Source: Alphaproteobacteria bacterium
GTDB taxonomy: Bacteria > Pseudomonadota > Alphaproteobacteria > UBA828
Length of the DNA stretch: 64,000 bases
Direction: 5' to 3'
NCBI GenBank assembly: GCA_965214705.1
Contig: CBDCCI010000002.1
Span: forward strand, 1,888,001 to 1,952,000
The notes under the pieces were generated by a model, which saw only the letters and a list, made by a program, of their open reading frames with translations, was not told where the DNA came from and made no database searches. Positions 29,517 to 38,501 of the stretch are shown here, piece after piece (within the stretch, counting starts at the first letter, position 1; each line of letters starts with the position of its first letter). The translations under genes and the position numbers were made by a program.

Positions 29517-31190
29517 CCTAAATCCCGCAGTTGGGGGCGATGATCGGTCGATTTCCGGGCTCAATTTCAGCCTGCCAGCGCAGGCCGAGGCGGTGGAATC
29601 CAGGGCTGGCGACCCGGCTGGCGGCCCCGGAGGTACTTCTTCAGCGCTTCCGCCAGGATCCGGCGCCAGCGATCCTCAGCGCTCAACTGCTCCGCACTTG
29701 TCAGCAGAGTCTGGAAGAAGCCGGTGATCCGCCGCAACGCCGCGACCACGGCCCCCCGCCGCCCGTGGCTCGACGTCACCGTCAGCCGGGTTTGACCGGC
29801 GTGATGGGTCTGGCGGGCAACCCCATGCAGCAGGAGCGGTCGGCTGGTGATCGCCTCGCGGTGGTGATCGGGGTCCGCCAAGCGCACGAACAGGCTCCAC
29901 CAATTGTAAATGAGCGCGATCAGCCGGGCCATGTGCTGGCAGCGCTTCAGGTCTCGCGTGGTGAAGCCGCCCCAGCCCCACTGGTTCTTCAACTCGTCGA
30001 AGCCGTTCTCCGCGTCCGCCCGATCCCGGTAGAGCTGGGCGATCGAGAGAACCTCCAGATCCAGAGACGTCGCCAGAACCGCAAACTCCCACACCTTGGT
30101 GCCAGGCTGCGCGTCGGCCCAGAAGAGATCGCCCTGACCGTCGTCTGCGCGCGTCAGCGCCACCGTCCCGGGAAGCCGACGGCGCAGCACCACCACGCGA
30201 CGCGTCCGGCTCCAGCCATGCAAGCGAAGCTCGGCCTCGATCCCCGACCAGCCCGGGCCCGCGTCCGTCCACTCGTCCCGCGTCATCAGGCACTCGGCAA
30301 GCCGGCGCGCGCCCTTGGTCAGGCGCAGCTTGAACAGATAGTCGAGACCCGCCCCCTCGCACGACGCCATGTTGCCCTCGTTGCCCCAGTCCTTGTCGCC
30401 CCGTACGAGCCGCGGCCAGTTCTCACGGCCGAGGCGGTCGAGCAAGGCCCACAGCGAAGGCGCCGCGTTCTTCGAGTGGTGACGGTTCCCGGGCGCGACA
30501 TCGACGTCCAGAACAAGGCGCGTGCCCGCCATCAGGAACGCATGGTAGGCATGCGACGGACGGCCCGGCTTCTTCGGGTTGTAGCTCACCACAGCCCCCT
30601 CCTGGTGGCCGTAGAGCGGCTTGATCGTTGTGTCGCAATCCAGAACCCACGGCTCGCTCAGCAAGGGCCGCGCCGTGTCGTCGAGATGGCCGTGCAGCCA
30701 GGAAGCGCCGTCCTCCGCGTCGATCCGTCCCAGGCCGCGCCGAACCGAGTCCTCGCTCGCCACCTTGGTCATGCCCAACAGCGACGGATTGACGCCGTCG
30801 CCGCGCAGCGCCGTGATGTGCGCGTAGCGCCAGTGTCCTGCGAGGGCCGACAGCATCACCGTCCCCAGCACGTCCCGCTTCGAGGGCGCGTTCGGGCTCG
30901 TGTAGTGCAGCGGGCAGTCCGCCACCAGCGCGTCGAAGCGGCCGCTGACTTTCAGGTATTCGGCGAAGAACACCAGATGACCCAGCGGTGTGGCCGCCGC
31001 ATCCGGGTCCCATTCGACGTGGACGGTGCCGCCGAAGGTGTCCACCTTCACGGCCTCTCGGGCGAGCTCCCGCGCAGTGCTGGGACCATCACCCGCAGGG
31101 TGAGCCTCAAGGGCCTGTTTCGATTCGCTCATGCCCCTAGCCTACAAGGCTTTTTCGTGATCGGCCCCGAAACCAACTGCGGGATTTAGG
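29517..31190 (-). mobile_element. IS1380-family insertion sequence (1674 bp)
   Basis: Perfect 18-bp TIR CCTAAATCCCGCAGTTGG; 5-bp TSD ATGAA at 29512-29516 and 31191-31195. Confidence 0.9.
29567..31132 (-). CDS. IS1380-type DDE transposase
   Basis: LDCDTT, YGHQEG, RGDKDW, YRDRADAENGFDELK. Confidence 0.88.
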   Translation of the reverse strand: MSESKQALEAHPAGDGPSTARELAREAVKVDTFGGTVHVEWDPDAAATPLGHLVFFAEYLKVSGRFDALVADCPLHYTSPNAPSKRDVLGTVMLSALAGHWRYAHITALRGDGVNPSLLGMTKVASEDSVRRGLGRIDAEDGASWLHGHLDDTARPLLSEPWVLDCDTTIKPLYGHQEGAVVSYNPKKPGRPSHAYHAFLMAGTRLVLDVDVAPGNRHHSKNAAPSLWALLDRLGRENWPRLVRGDKDWGNEGNMASCEGAGLDYLFKLRLTKGARRLAECLMTRDEWTDAGPGWSGIEAELRLHGWSRTRRVVVLRRRLPGTVALTRADDGQGDLFWADAQPGTKVWEFAVLATSLDLEVLSIAQLYRDRADAENGFDELKNQWGWGGFTTRDLKRCQHMARLIALIYNWWSLFVRLADPDHHREAITSRPLLLHGVARQTHHAGQTRLTVTSSHGRRGAVVAALRRITGFFQTLLTSAEQLSAEDRWRRILAEALKKYLRGRQPGRQPWIPPPRPALAG

Positions 31191-31499
31191 ATGAATCTTG
31201 TCGCCATGGAGTATCTGGCATCCCAGCCGCCGAACGATCCGGGGGTTCTCGTGCTTTCGCGCTTCGCCGGTGCGGCCGAACATCTGCCGGACGCGTTGAT
31301 CGTGAATCCCTATGACGTGGAAGGCGTCGCCAAGACCATCCAGGCGGCACTCATGATGCCTGCTGAGGAGCGGAGCGAGCGCTGGCGGAGATCGATGCAG
31401 GTTCTCCGGTCGAACAGCGTGGAGGCCTGGTTCGAGCGGTTCGTCACCCGGCTCTCGGAGGCATAGGCTGCACTTCCCACCCTGGTCTTGGCCATGGGC

Positions 31500-32255
31500 T
31501 CATGACGATGCCCGTGTTGCGCCGGCCACCCGCGTCAACCATCCCCGCAATTCCCCGACCGTATCGACCTGCACCGCCGCCTGCGTGGCAGAGCCCTTGC
31601 CGACGCGGATGCTCACGCCGCCCCTTCCGTTGACAACCCCGAATCCGTCTTCGTCGGAGATATCGTCGCCGCAGAATACCGGCGTCCGCCCGAGGAACGG
31701 CGCTTCGCCCATGAACGCGTCTATGGCCGTACCCTTATTGACCTCACAGGGCCGGAGTTCGAACACGAACTTGCCTTCGATCACCTGCCAGCCCTGCGGA
31801 GCAACCTTGAGGGCGGCGTTCACGACATCCCTGCAGGCATCCCGCAACGACGGGGCAAGGCGATAGTGCAGGCCGAGAGTGTATGTCTTGTCCTCGACGA
31901 GAATACCTGGACGCGCCGCCGCGAACGCCTCCAGCAGCGCCCGGACAGCGTGCAAATCACCTCGCGGCAAGGCAGGACGCACAATCCCGCCATCCGCCGT
32001 GCGCCGTTCGAGCCCGTGCAATCCGGCAACGGCTGGGACCGCAGCGCCCAGAAAGCCGTCGATCTGCCCGATGGGTCGGCCTGTTACGATCGCCACGGCG
32101 CCGCCCAGCGCCTCGCGCAACGCGACCAACAGCGAAGGCAGGCAGTCCGGAACGTCGACGGCCTCCGGCGTCGGCGCGATATCGACGATGCAGCCGTCGA
32201 AGTCGAGAAACAATGCCCAATCCAGGCACGGCTCGGGCAGAGTCATGGAGCTCAC
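31500..32255 (-). CDS. otsB: Trehalose-6-phosphate phosphatase
   Basis: LFLDFDG, VTGR, GLHGLE, NKGTA, GDDISDEDGF. Confidence 0.92.
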   Translation of the reverse strand: MSSMTLPEPCLDWALFLDFDGCIVDIAPTPEAVDVPDCLPSLLVALREALGGAVAIVTGRPIGQIDGFLGAAVPAVAGLHGLERRTADGGIVRPALPRGDLHAVRALLEAFAAARPGILVEDKTYTLGLHYRLAPSLRDACRDVVNAALKVAPQGWQVIEGKFVFELRPCEVNKGTAIDAFMGEAPFLGRTPVFCGDDISDEDGFGVVNGRGGVSIRVGKGSATQAAVQVDTVGELRGWLTRVAGATRASS

Positions 32256-32386
32256 GGTGTTGATAGGCGCCGAACTTTGCCCCCTCCAGAGTTTCGCTGT
32301 CTCAATAGGTTACAGTGCCGATCAGCGTCAAATCCCCGCGCCAAACAACAGATTTCGAGAATGGGTAGGAACGCATGAATCCGGGG

Positions 32387-32436
32387 ACTGGTGCCGCAGG
32401 AGAGATTCGAACTCCCGACCCATGCATTACGAATGC
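32387..32436 (-). repeat. att site: duplicated 3' part of tRNA-Thr
   Basis: ACTGGTGCCGCAGG...CATTACGAATGC identical to 44501-44550. Confidence 0.95.
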
Positions 32437-32523
32437 CGTGCGCCGCTATAGGTGGTAGCCATATCAAGCCCTTAGCCCCCATATCATGCCGTTCGCGCAC
32501 GTTCATTTCCGTTCATTGCCGTT

Positions 32524-32546
32524 GTTTCTGGCAACTTGCCAGAAAC
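32524..32546. repeat. 23-bp palindrome; inverted copy at 44422-44444
   Basis: GTTTCTGGCAACTTGCCAGAAAC. Confidence 0.85.
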
Positions 32547-32552
32547 CCCGCC

Positions 32553-33581
32553 TCAGCCCCGGCACCCGAGCGCTTCCACGGCGCTCCGCATGTGGTCGGG
32601 GTGATGATGCCCATAGGTCGTCTCCAGCATGTCCATGGTCATGCCCAGGAAGCCGCACGCGGCCCATCGGTCGGCGCCCGCCTGCATCATCCACGTCGCA
32701 CAGGTCCGCCGCAGGTCGTGCGGAGTGCAATGGTCGATGCCGGCCCCGCGGAGCGCGGTGCGCCATGCCGTCTTGAGGCTGCCCACGGGCTTGCCGTCGA
32801 ACTCGACAACCCAGCGGGCGCCTATCCGCTGCCAGCGCCGCAGGTGAGCGAGCAAGCGCGGCGGCACTGGCACGGGCGGGGTCCGCTTGCGCGTCTCGGC
32901 GGTGCCGGCCGCGCGGCGGTAGAGCACGCCTTTCTCGGTGTCCACCCATCCGCCCTGCATGTTCGGCATGAACTGGAGGCCCCGCAGCGCTTCGGAGCGC
33001 GTGCCGGTGTAGACGCCCACGAGGATGAAGCGGGCAAGGTGGCGCGCCTTGGGGTTGCGGCGGCACGCCCGGATCAACCGGGCGACCTCATCACGGGTCA
33101 GCCATCGGTCGCGCGGCGGTGCCTTGGGCGGCAGCGTCACTTGCACGTCGGTCACCAACAAGCCCTCGCGCTTGCACCAGTTGATCGCCGCATTCAGGTG
33201 GGCAAGCTCGCGCCGCGCCGTGTCGTTCGCGACGCCCCGATGGCGCACGTAGGCATCGCAGGTAGCGCGGTTGATGCTCGCCACCCTGGCCGGCCCGAAG
33301 TAGGGGCGCAGTGCCTTGATGCTGTAGCCGATCGTCTGCGGTGACTTCACGTTGACCGCATGGCCCTCGCCGTACAGGTCGAATACTTCGTCGTTGGTCA
33401 TGTCCTCCCCGGTGCGCGGCCCTACCGGCCGGCCCCGTTCGGCGATGTACCGTGCGAGCGCCTGGTCAGCTCGTCCTCGATCAGCGGTCCCGGTCGAGAA
33501 CCGCGTCTCGCCGTCGCGGATGTACCAGTTGCCCTTGTTGCCGTTCCGCCAGAGGCGGGCGCCTTTGCTTGGTCTCGGCAT
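32553..33581 (-). CDS. Tyrosine recombinase (integrase)
   Basis: TGTRSEAL (R), HDLRRT, LGMT, TYGHH (Y); adjacent to att. Confidence 0.95.
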   Translation of the reverse strand: MPRPSKGARLWRNGNKGNWYIRDGETRFSTGTADRGRADQALARYIAERGRPVGPRTGEDMTNDEVFDLYGEGHAVNVKSPQTIGYSIKALRPYFGPARVASINRATCDAYVRHRGVANDTARRELAHLNAAINWCKREGLLVTDVQVTLPPKAPPRDRWLTRDEVARLIRACRRNPKARHLARFILVGVYTGTRSEALRGLQFMPNMQGGWVDTEKGVLYRRAAGTAETRKRTPPVPVPPRLLAHLRRWQRIGARWVVEFDGKPVGSLKTAWRTALRGAGIDHCTPHDLRRTCATWMMQAGADRWAACGFLGMTMDMLETTYGHHHPDHMRSAVEALGCRG

Positions 33582-33736
33582 TTCTCCACGAGCTCCCCCA
33601 GTTGGGCCGCGTCCAGTAGCGGCTTGCGTCCGATCCTCACGATGTAGCCGTGCTGCTCTGCAACCGCGCGGAGCGCCTTGCGGGCCACGCCTAGGCGGTC
33701 GGCCGCTTCGGCGACGGTGAGAAGTTCAGGAATCAT
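33422..33736 (-). CDS. Excisionase-like HTH protein
   Basis: LLTVAEAADRLGV...VRIGR; overlaps the 5' end of int. Confidence 0.7.
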   Translation of the reverse strand: MIPELLTVAEAADRLGVARKALRAVAEQHGYIVRIGRKPLLDAAQLGELVEKCRDQAKAPASGGTATRATGTSATARRGSRPGPLIEDELTRRSHGTSPNGAGR

Positions 33737-33798
33737 TGACCCGCCGCGCGTAGCGCTTCAGCTCGGATTGGGTGACCGGCGCCTTCGGGCTGGGCATG

Positions 33799-34119
33799 CT
33801 AGTCGTCAACGTCTTTGTGGATGCCCCGAAGCGCAGCGGCCATAAGCGGAGAGGGGATGTAAACGTCTCTTGACCGCCCAGTGTCCGCGTCGGGGACGGT
33901 TCTTATATCGCCGCGCAGCACAGACACCGATGCTGGCTCCGTGCTACCAATGGAACGTGCGGCGATCTCGAGAGCCAAGCGGATGGTACCTACGTCGGTC
34001 AGGCGCCTCCCCCCGGTCGGAGGGTACTGCACCTCGATCATGCTGCGCACGACCGAAAGCATGTGTGCTGTGTCTTCGTTGACCCGAACAGTCCTATTGA
34101 ATTTCCGATCAGCCGCCAT
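33799..34119 (-). CDS. Hypothetical protein, possible ribbon-helix-helix regulator
   Basis: GGAGGGAAG RBS; N-terminal RTVRVNEDTAHML beta-alpha pattern. Confidence 0.5.
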   Translation of the reverse strand: MAADRKFNRTVRVNEDTAHMLSVVRSMIEVQYPPTGGRRLTDVGTIRLALEIAARSIGSTEPASVSVLRGDIRTVPDADTGRSRDVYIPSPLMAAALRGIHKDVDD

Positions 34120-34146
34120 GTCTTCCCTCCGCCAGATTACCCATTC

Positions 34147-34176
34147 GGTATACCATATGGCGCTCGTTATGGTCAA
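34147..34176 (-). promoter_or_regulatory. Putative sigma70 promoter for the RHH-xis-int unit
   Basis: TTGACC-18 nt-TATACC with a TG extended -10. Confidence 0.45.
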
Positions 34177-34373
34177 CACAAATTTTCACGTTTCATCGGC
34201 TCGCGAAAATCGGGCGACTTGGTAGTGGCCTACGACGGAGTGTACGGCGACGACCTCCCAGGGCGACCTCCCACGACGGACTAATCTCCCCTGGAAGAGG
34301 AATTCAGTGCACTGAGGGGCGCTGCTCGACCGGCTGGCGCGTCATCAACTTCTAGAAGAAGGAGATCAGCATC

Positions 34374-34568
34374 ATGCACTTGGAGCGGGACGAACGAGAC
34401 GCCATCGACATCCTTACCGATGCCATGCGAGATGACAGGCTCGGAAAGGCGGATCAGATCGCCGCCGCCGCCGGCCTACTGCAATTCTCGGCGACGGCCG
34501 CCGTCCAGGACCAGCTTGAGCGCATCGCCGACCACCTCACCGACAAGCCGGCGCCAAAAGTTCCGTAG
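34374..34568 (+). CDS. Small hypothetical protein (only plus-strand gene in the element)
   Basis: AAGGAG RBS 8 nt before ATG; 64 aa. Confidence 0.5.
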   Translation: MHLERDERDAIDILTDAMRDDRLGKADQIAAAAGLLQFSATAAVQDQLERIADHLTDKPAPKVP

Positions 34569-34672
34569 AGCGCTCAGGACGCGCGCAAGCCCTCCAGGGT
34601 CGAGAGGTACGGACGGAATGCCGTTCGTCAGGTGCTGCCTGCGGAGCGCTCAGCACGGCGCCGAATTCGGGC

Positions 34673-34987
34673 TTACTGTACCGTCGCCGGCTGCCAACAA
34701 TCCGCGTCCGCCACCATCTGCCCGTCGGACACGAACACAAAGCGGCCGTCGTCCTGCAGCTCGGCTTCGACGGCCCGGTTGAATACCGCCGACAGCACGA
34801 CAGCCGTTTGCTGAGCCTGTAGGGCTGCCAGCATCGCGTCGTTGACCACGACGGCGCCCGTCTCGACACAGTGCGCGTGCGAGAGAACAGCCCACCGCAC
34901 GGCGCCCGCGTCGTCCGCGTCCGGGGCCTCGTTCGCCTTCATCACCTCCAGGATGATATCGAGCGCGCGCCTGAATTCTGCATCCAT
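34673..34987 (-). CDS. Hypothetical protein
   Basis: 104 aa, normal composition, 9 nt downstream of the preceding co-oriented gene. Confidence 0.55.
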   Translation of the reverse strand: MDAEFRRALDIILEVMKANEAPDADDAGAVRWAVLSHAHCVETGAVVVNDAMLAALQAQQTAVVLSAVFNRAVEAELQDDGRFVFVSDGQMVADADCWQPATVQ

Positions 34988-34996
34988 GATTCGCCC

Positions 34997-35233
34997 CTAT
35001 TCCATCGTCGACGAAGCCCGGCCAAAGCAACCCGCGCAAAGCATTCGCCGCCGCGCGGTTGGTTGAAAGCTGCGTCCGCACAACGCGCACGGGCGCTCAG
35101 GTCGCGCTGCATCCGGTAGGTCGGTCCTATGGTGCTGCGTCTTGTCCGTCTCTGGATTGAAGCCCGAATCCTGTCGCAAATCCTCGCCGACGGCGAGTTG
35201 CTTCCCGTTCCGGTAGAGCGGCCAGCCCATCAT
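34997..35233 (-). CDS. Small zinc-ribbon protein
   Basis: CALCGRSF...LCAGC; ATGA overlap with the upstream gene. Confidence 0.55.
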   Translation of the reverse strand: MMGWPLYRNGKQLAVGEDLRQDSGFNPETDKTQHHRTDLPDAARPERPCALCGRSFQPTARRRMLCAGCFGRASSTME

Positions 35234-35793
35234 CCGCCGCTCGCCAAAAGCGCGCGCACGGCGCTCGGCAACGATTCCGTGTCGAGAACATGGCGCCGCA
35301 GGTGCACATGAGAGATATCCGTCCCCACCGCTAAATCGGGATAGTAGACGATCAAGTGATTGTCGGAGTCCCGCCCAAGAAGCACCCGGCCAAAGCTGGT
35401 CGAGCCGGCAACGTAGAAGGAAGACTCGGTCACTGGCCCGGTGCCGGGGTCGATTGTCCGGTGTCGTATGAACGCACTGGGGATGTACTCCACCGTTCCG
35501 GCAACGCCGACCGAAAAAACCTCATCTTCCGGCAGCACCCACTCGGTCGCCCAGGTGGGTGCGCTATCGTCGCGCGGTTGCTCGGTCACCTCGAAGAATC
35601 CGAGATTTTCAGTAGTAAACAGCCTGCGGAGTTGCCAATCCGGCGTGCCGGCAACGTGCACGTGGGCAAAGAGCGTGTCCACTAGATCGCGAAGGAACGC
35701 CCTATGCCCAGCGGCGGTAATTTCGCCGTCGGAGTTGTCGCGGAATGTGGTGTTGATCGCAGTCCATAGCTCTAGTTGTGTTCTCTCAACCAT
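35230..35793 (-). CDS. Putative virion protein (fibre/decoration-like)
   Basis: N-terminal DNSDGEIT..R..L.DL motif recalled from phage structural proteins; beta-rich body; overlaps both neighbours. Confidence 0.5.
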   Translation of the reverse strand: MVERTQLELWTAINTTFRDNSDGEITAAGHRAFLRDLVDTLFAHVHVAGTPDWQLRRLFTTENLGFFEVTEQPRDDSAPTWATEWVLPEDEVFSVGVAGTVEYIPSAFIRHRTIDPGTGPVTESSFYVAGSTSFGRVLLGRDSDNHLIVYYPDLAVGTDISHVHLRRHVLDTESLPSAVRALLASGG

Positions 35794-36220
35794 AGTCTGC
35801 GCTGTAAGCGGGAGAGTACGCGCGGCGTGGTGCAGGTTCCGGTGCAGGTTCCGGTGCAGGAGCCCTCACCGTGCCAGCGAGCGATAGTCGCACCTCCAGC
35901 AATCGGAGAAAATACTCGCCGTGCAGCGAGCTGTAGTCGGCCGGCCGGTCACTGTCCTCGATGATGGCCGAAAGGTGCGGGCGCAGCGCGTCGAGCGCGT
36001 CAACCGCAATCGCGTCGACGCCTTCCGCCGTCGGCGAGCGGCACTCCAAGGCGAAGGTCTGGGCCCGGCCGCGTCCGGGGTCGAGAGTTTCTTGCCAACC
36101 CGCATCGTCGCAGCGAATCAGTACCGCCGGCCCGCTCGCGTCTGCCGCGTTCTGGAATCGGGTGCGCGCGATCACGACGCCCGGCAACGCCGCTCCCAGG
36201 AGCTCGCCAACGTCAATCAT
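35786..36220 (-). CDS. Putative head/tail completion (tail-terminator-like) protein
   Basis: About 144 aa directly after the portal; PAVLI...TFALECRSPT...DALDAL pattern; PAPE linker. Confidence 0.5.
   Translation of the reverse strand: MIDVGELLGAALPGVVIARTRFQNAADASGPAVLIRCDDAGWQETLDPGRGRAQTFALECRSPTAEGVDAIAVDALDALRPHLSAIIEDSDRPADYSSLHGEYFLRLLEVRLSLAGTVRAPAPEPAPEPAPRRAYSPAYSADYG
35829..35860. repeat. 12-bp tandem repeat encoding PAPE
   Basis: GGTGCAGGTTCC x2.7. Confidence 0.8.
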
Positions 36221-37301
36221 CGCCGAACGCCAGTCTGCGGGCTTCTGCTTCGCCCATTCCGTCATCGCCCTCGCGGAGCTTGCGGTAAGCCTCAGCGCGG
36301 CGCGCGATCGCGCGCGATTGCACGTCTTCGTCGATCGCCTTCGCGGGGGGAAACGAAACCATCGCGGCGGGGTCGAGCTTCCGCCGCAACTCGACCTCCA
36401 GAATCATTCCGAGCGGCACAATCGTTCCGTTCCAGAGTCGCCGCGCGGCTTCGCGCTGCCCGCTCCCGTCGCCTTGCTCGGCAAAGAGCGCAGCCGGGCA
36501 GCCGAAAGCATTGGCGATCTCGAGTCCGAGTTGCGAGCGGAGCGCAAGCGCGTGCTCGGTTGGCGACGGTCCGTAAGGCTGGCCGGCATACCGCGAGGCC
36601 GGCAATTGCTCTAGGCCGGACGCCTGCCCGGTCGCGATGCCCGTGATTCCGCCCCGCCTGATACTGTCCATGATCGGGTCGGTTTGGCCGGGCCCAGGCA
36701 CGGCCGGCCGCGCCTGCGGGAACAGGATACCGACGGGCAGGCGCGAATAGTCCTGCATTCGCCGCTCCAGGCGCGCGGCAACGTCCGCCGTGGCCCGGCT
36801 GCGCCGAAGCGGCGGCCGGCCCCGCCACCATTGGACCGGATCGGCGCCCGCGGAGACATGCAGGACCGCAGCATCAGGGAGATTGCGGCGGACGGTCGAT
36901 TGCGGACCGCTCAGGGTCAAGTAGTAGTGCCGCGTTTCTTGGCGGTAGTCGCCGCGTGGATCCCAGGTCGAAGCCGGCCGCAACATGACACTGGCGTTCA
37001 TGACCTCGATTGCGAACACCGCATCGCCCGTCAGCGCGAGCGCCCGCCCCGCGAGCGCCAGGCAATCGGCCGTGACCGCCCGGAGCGGCACGGAGTCGGC
37101 GGGCTCGATCACGGCGGACGCGAACGAGCGCGACCATATGCCGACGCAAGCCTCAGCGAGTGCAAGGTGCTCCGGGCGAAGCGAAAGCCCGCTCAGCTCG
37201 CGCTGCTCGGCTTCAACCTGCTCGCGCTCGAGCCGGGCTTCAGCTTCGCGGCGCTCGCCTTCGGCCGAAGCCCGGACAGCACGGCCAGTGAACGGCCACA
37301 T
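36213..37301 (-). CDS. Phage portal protein (HK97-like, short)
   Basis: MWPF start, EACV..WSR, LALTGDA, VLHV, G.PPL, EIANAFGCP, TIVPL...LE.EL..KL. Confidence 0.78.
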   Translation of the reverse strand: MWPFTGRAVRASAEGERREAEARLEREQVEAEQRELSGLSLRPEHLALAEACVGIWSRSFASAVIEPADSVPLRAVTADCLALAGRALALTGDAVFAIEVMNASVMLRPASTWDPRGDYRQETRHYYLTLSGPQSTVRRNLPDAAVLHVSAGADPVQWWRGRPPLRRSRATADVAARLERRMQDYSRLPVGILFPQARPAVPGPGQTDPIMDSIRRGGITGIATGQASGLEQLPASRYAGQPYGPSPTEHALALRSQLGLEIANAFGCPAALFAEQGDGSGQREAARRLWNGTIVPLGMILEVELRRKLDPAAMVSFPPAKAIDEDVQSRAIARRAEAYRKLREGDDGMGEAEARRLAFGDD

Positions 37302-37310
37302 GGGCAGCCC

Positions 37311-38501
37311 TTACGCGGCGTGTTGAACCTGCACGCGGTCGAAGCCGTCGGCGCGCAGAATTTTGAACGCGCAGAACATGCGTGCGGTCAGCTTGATCTC
37401 GCCTTCGGCCGCGCGCGTCGTTTCGTCGAAGATGATTCGGACGCCCCGCCAGATCGGCGCAACGAAATCGCGCCGCATTCCGCGTCGCACGATCACGTCT
37501 TGCTGGTTCGCGGCCGGCGCCGGAATGTGGTCGGTAACGCGGACGCCCGAAGTGATTCGCCGCAGGGAGTCGATGGCCGAATCGTCGGCAGTGTTGGAGC
37601 GGTACTGCCCCGACATGTGGCTTATGGTCTGGGAGGCGATCAACAGCCGGATTCCGTCTTCGCCCATGACCCATCGCCCGTCGATCTGCCCGTAAACGAG
37701 TCGGGAGCGGTAGGTTGCGAACGTGTCGACGGCGGTCGCATCCGTCCGGGCATTCTCGCTGCCCAACAGCTCGTTCACGATTCGCTCATCGTGCTTTTCC
37801 ATGAGTCCGCTCGTGAGATTCGAGCGCAAATCCGGGTCGAGCATGTCGAATCGCAGGCTATCGGATTCCCGATAGCTGTAGCCGGCTTGAATCCGCCCCG
37901 GCTGCAGCAATTCGCTCGTGATCGTGCCGTCCGTCTCGGCAACAGCCGTCGAATCGGTCAGCCGGTCGGACACGGTGGGGCGCGTGGTCAAGATCGGCCA
38001 AACCGCGTCGCCGGCGGGCACGATGGGCGAGTCGACCATCAAGAACGCCCCTTCGCCCATCGTGAAAATCGGCATGACGGTGCGTTGCTCGCTGGTCTCC
38101 ACATTCGTCGGCACCGTGGTCGCGGCTGCCCGGAACATATCGACGGGCACCGCGTTGTGCGGCAGCTCGTAGTGCGCCTGCAACTCGGCAAGCGCGCCCT
38201 CTTGCGGCTGCTTCAGTCGCAGCCGCTCGACGAATTCGGCCAGCGAAGCCCCGGCCACAACGCCCGCCATTTCGGCGAATTCGCCGTCGCGCGTCGCTTG
38301 GTCGCCGACCATGCTTGCGTGCTGCTCCTGCTCGGCCATCGCCGCGGCCAACTTCCCGCCCATCGTCATCTGCTCGGCCACGAGCGAGTCGACTTCGGCC
38401 TTGATCTCCGATGTTTGCTCGGCCTTGGGTAGCGCCTTGATCTCCTCCAGCCGCTTTTCGATCGCGGCCGCGCGAAGCTGCAATTTCTGAACTTTCGTCA
38501 T
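37311..38501 (-). CDS. Major capsid protein (HK97-type with N-terminal coiled coil)
   Basis: N-terminal heptads; AVAETDG; DETTRAAEGEIKLTA...LRADGF end; lies between terL and portal. Confidence 0.8.
   Translation of the reverse strand: MTKVQKLQLRAAAIEKRLEEIKALPKAEQTSEIKAEVDSLVAEQMTMGGKLAAAMAEQEQHASMVGDQATRDGEFAEMAGVVAGASLAEFVERLRLKQPQEGALAELQAHYELPHNAVPVDMFRAAATTVPTNVETSEQRTVMPIFTMGEGAFLMVDSPIVPAGDAVWPILTTRPTVSDRLTDSTAVAETDGTITSELLQPGRIQAGYSYRESDSLRFDMLDPDLRSNLTSGLMEKHDERIVNELLGSENARTDATAVDTFATYRSRLVYGQIDGRWVMGEDGIRLLIASQTISHMSGQYRSNTADDSAIDSLRRITSGVRVTDHIPAPAANQQDVIVRRGMRRDFVAPIWRGVRIIFDETTRAAEGEIKLTARMFCAFKILRADGFDRVQVQHAA

Larger units (their letters stand above)
28405..31466 (+). pseudogene. 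otsA: Trehalose-6-phosphate synthase interrupted by IS1380 (28405-29516 plus 31196-31466)
   Basis: VVSNR, GGLA, WVHDYHL, GVDRLDYSKG; removing the IS and one ATGAA restores DGMNLVAMEY and a 460-aa frame. Confidence 0.93.

Noticed and set aside
32389-32436. Second tRNA-Thr gene
   Set aside because: Only the 3' 48 nt are present, with no D-arm or 5' acceptor strand; it is the att duplication
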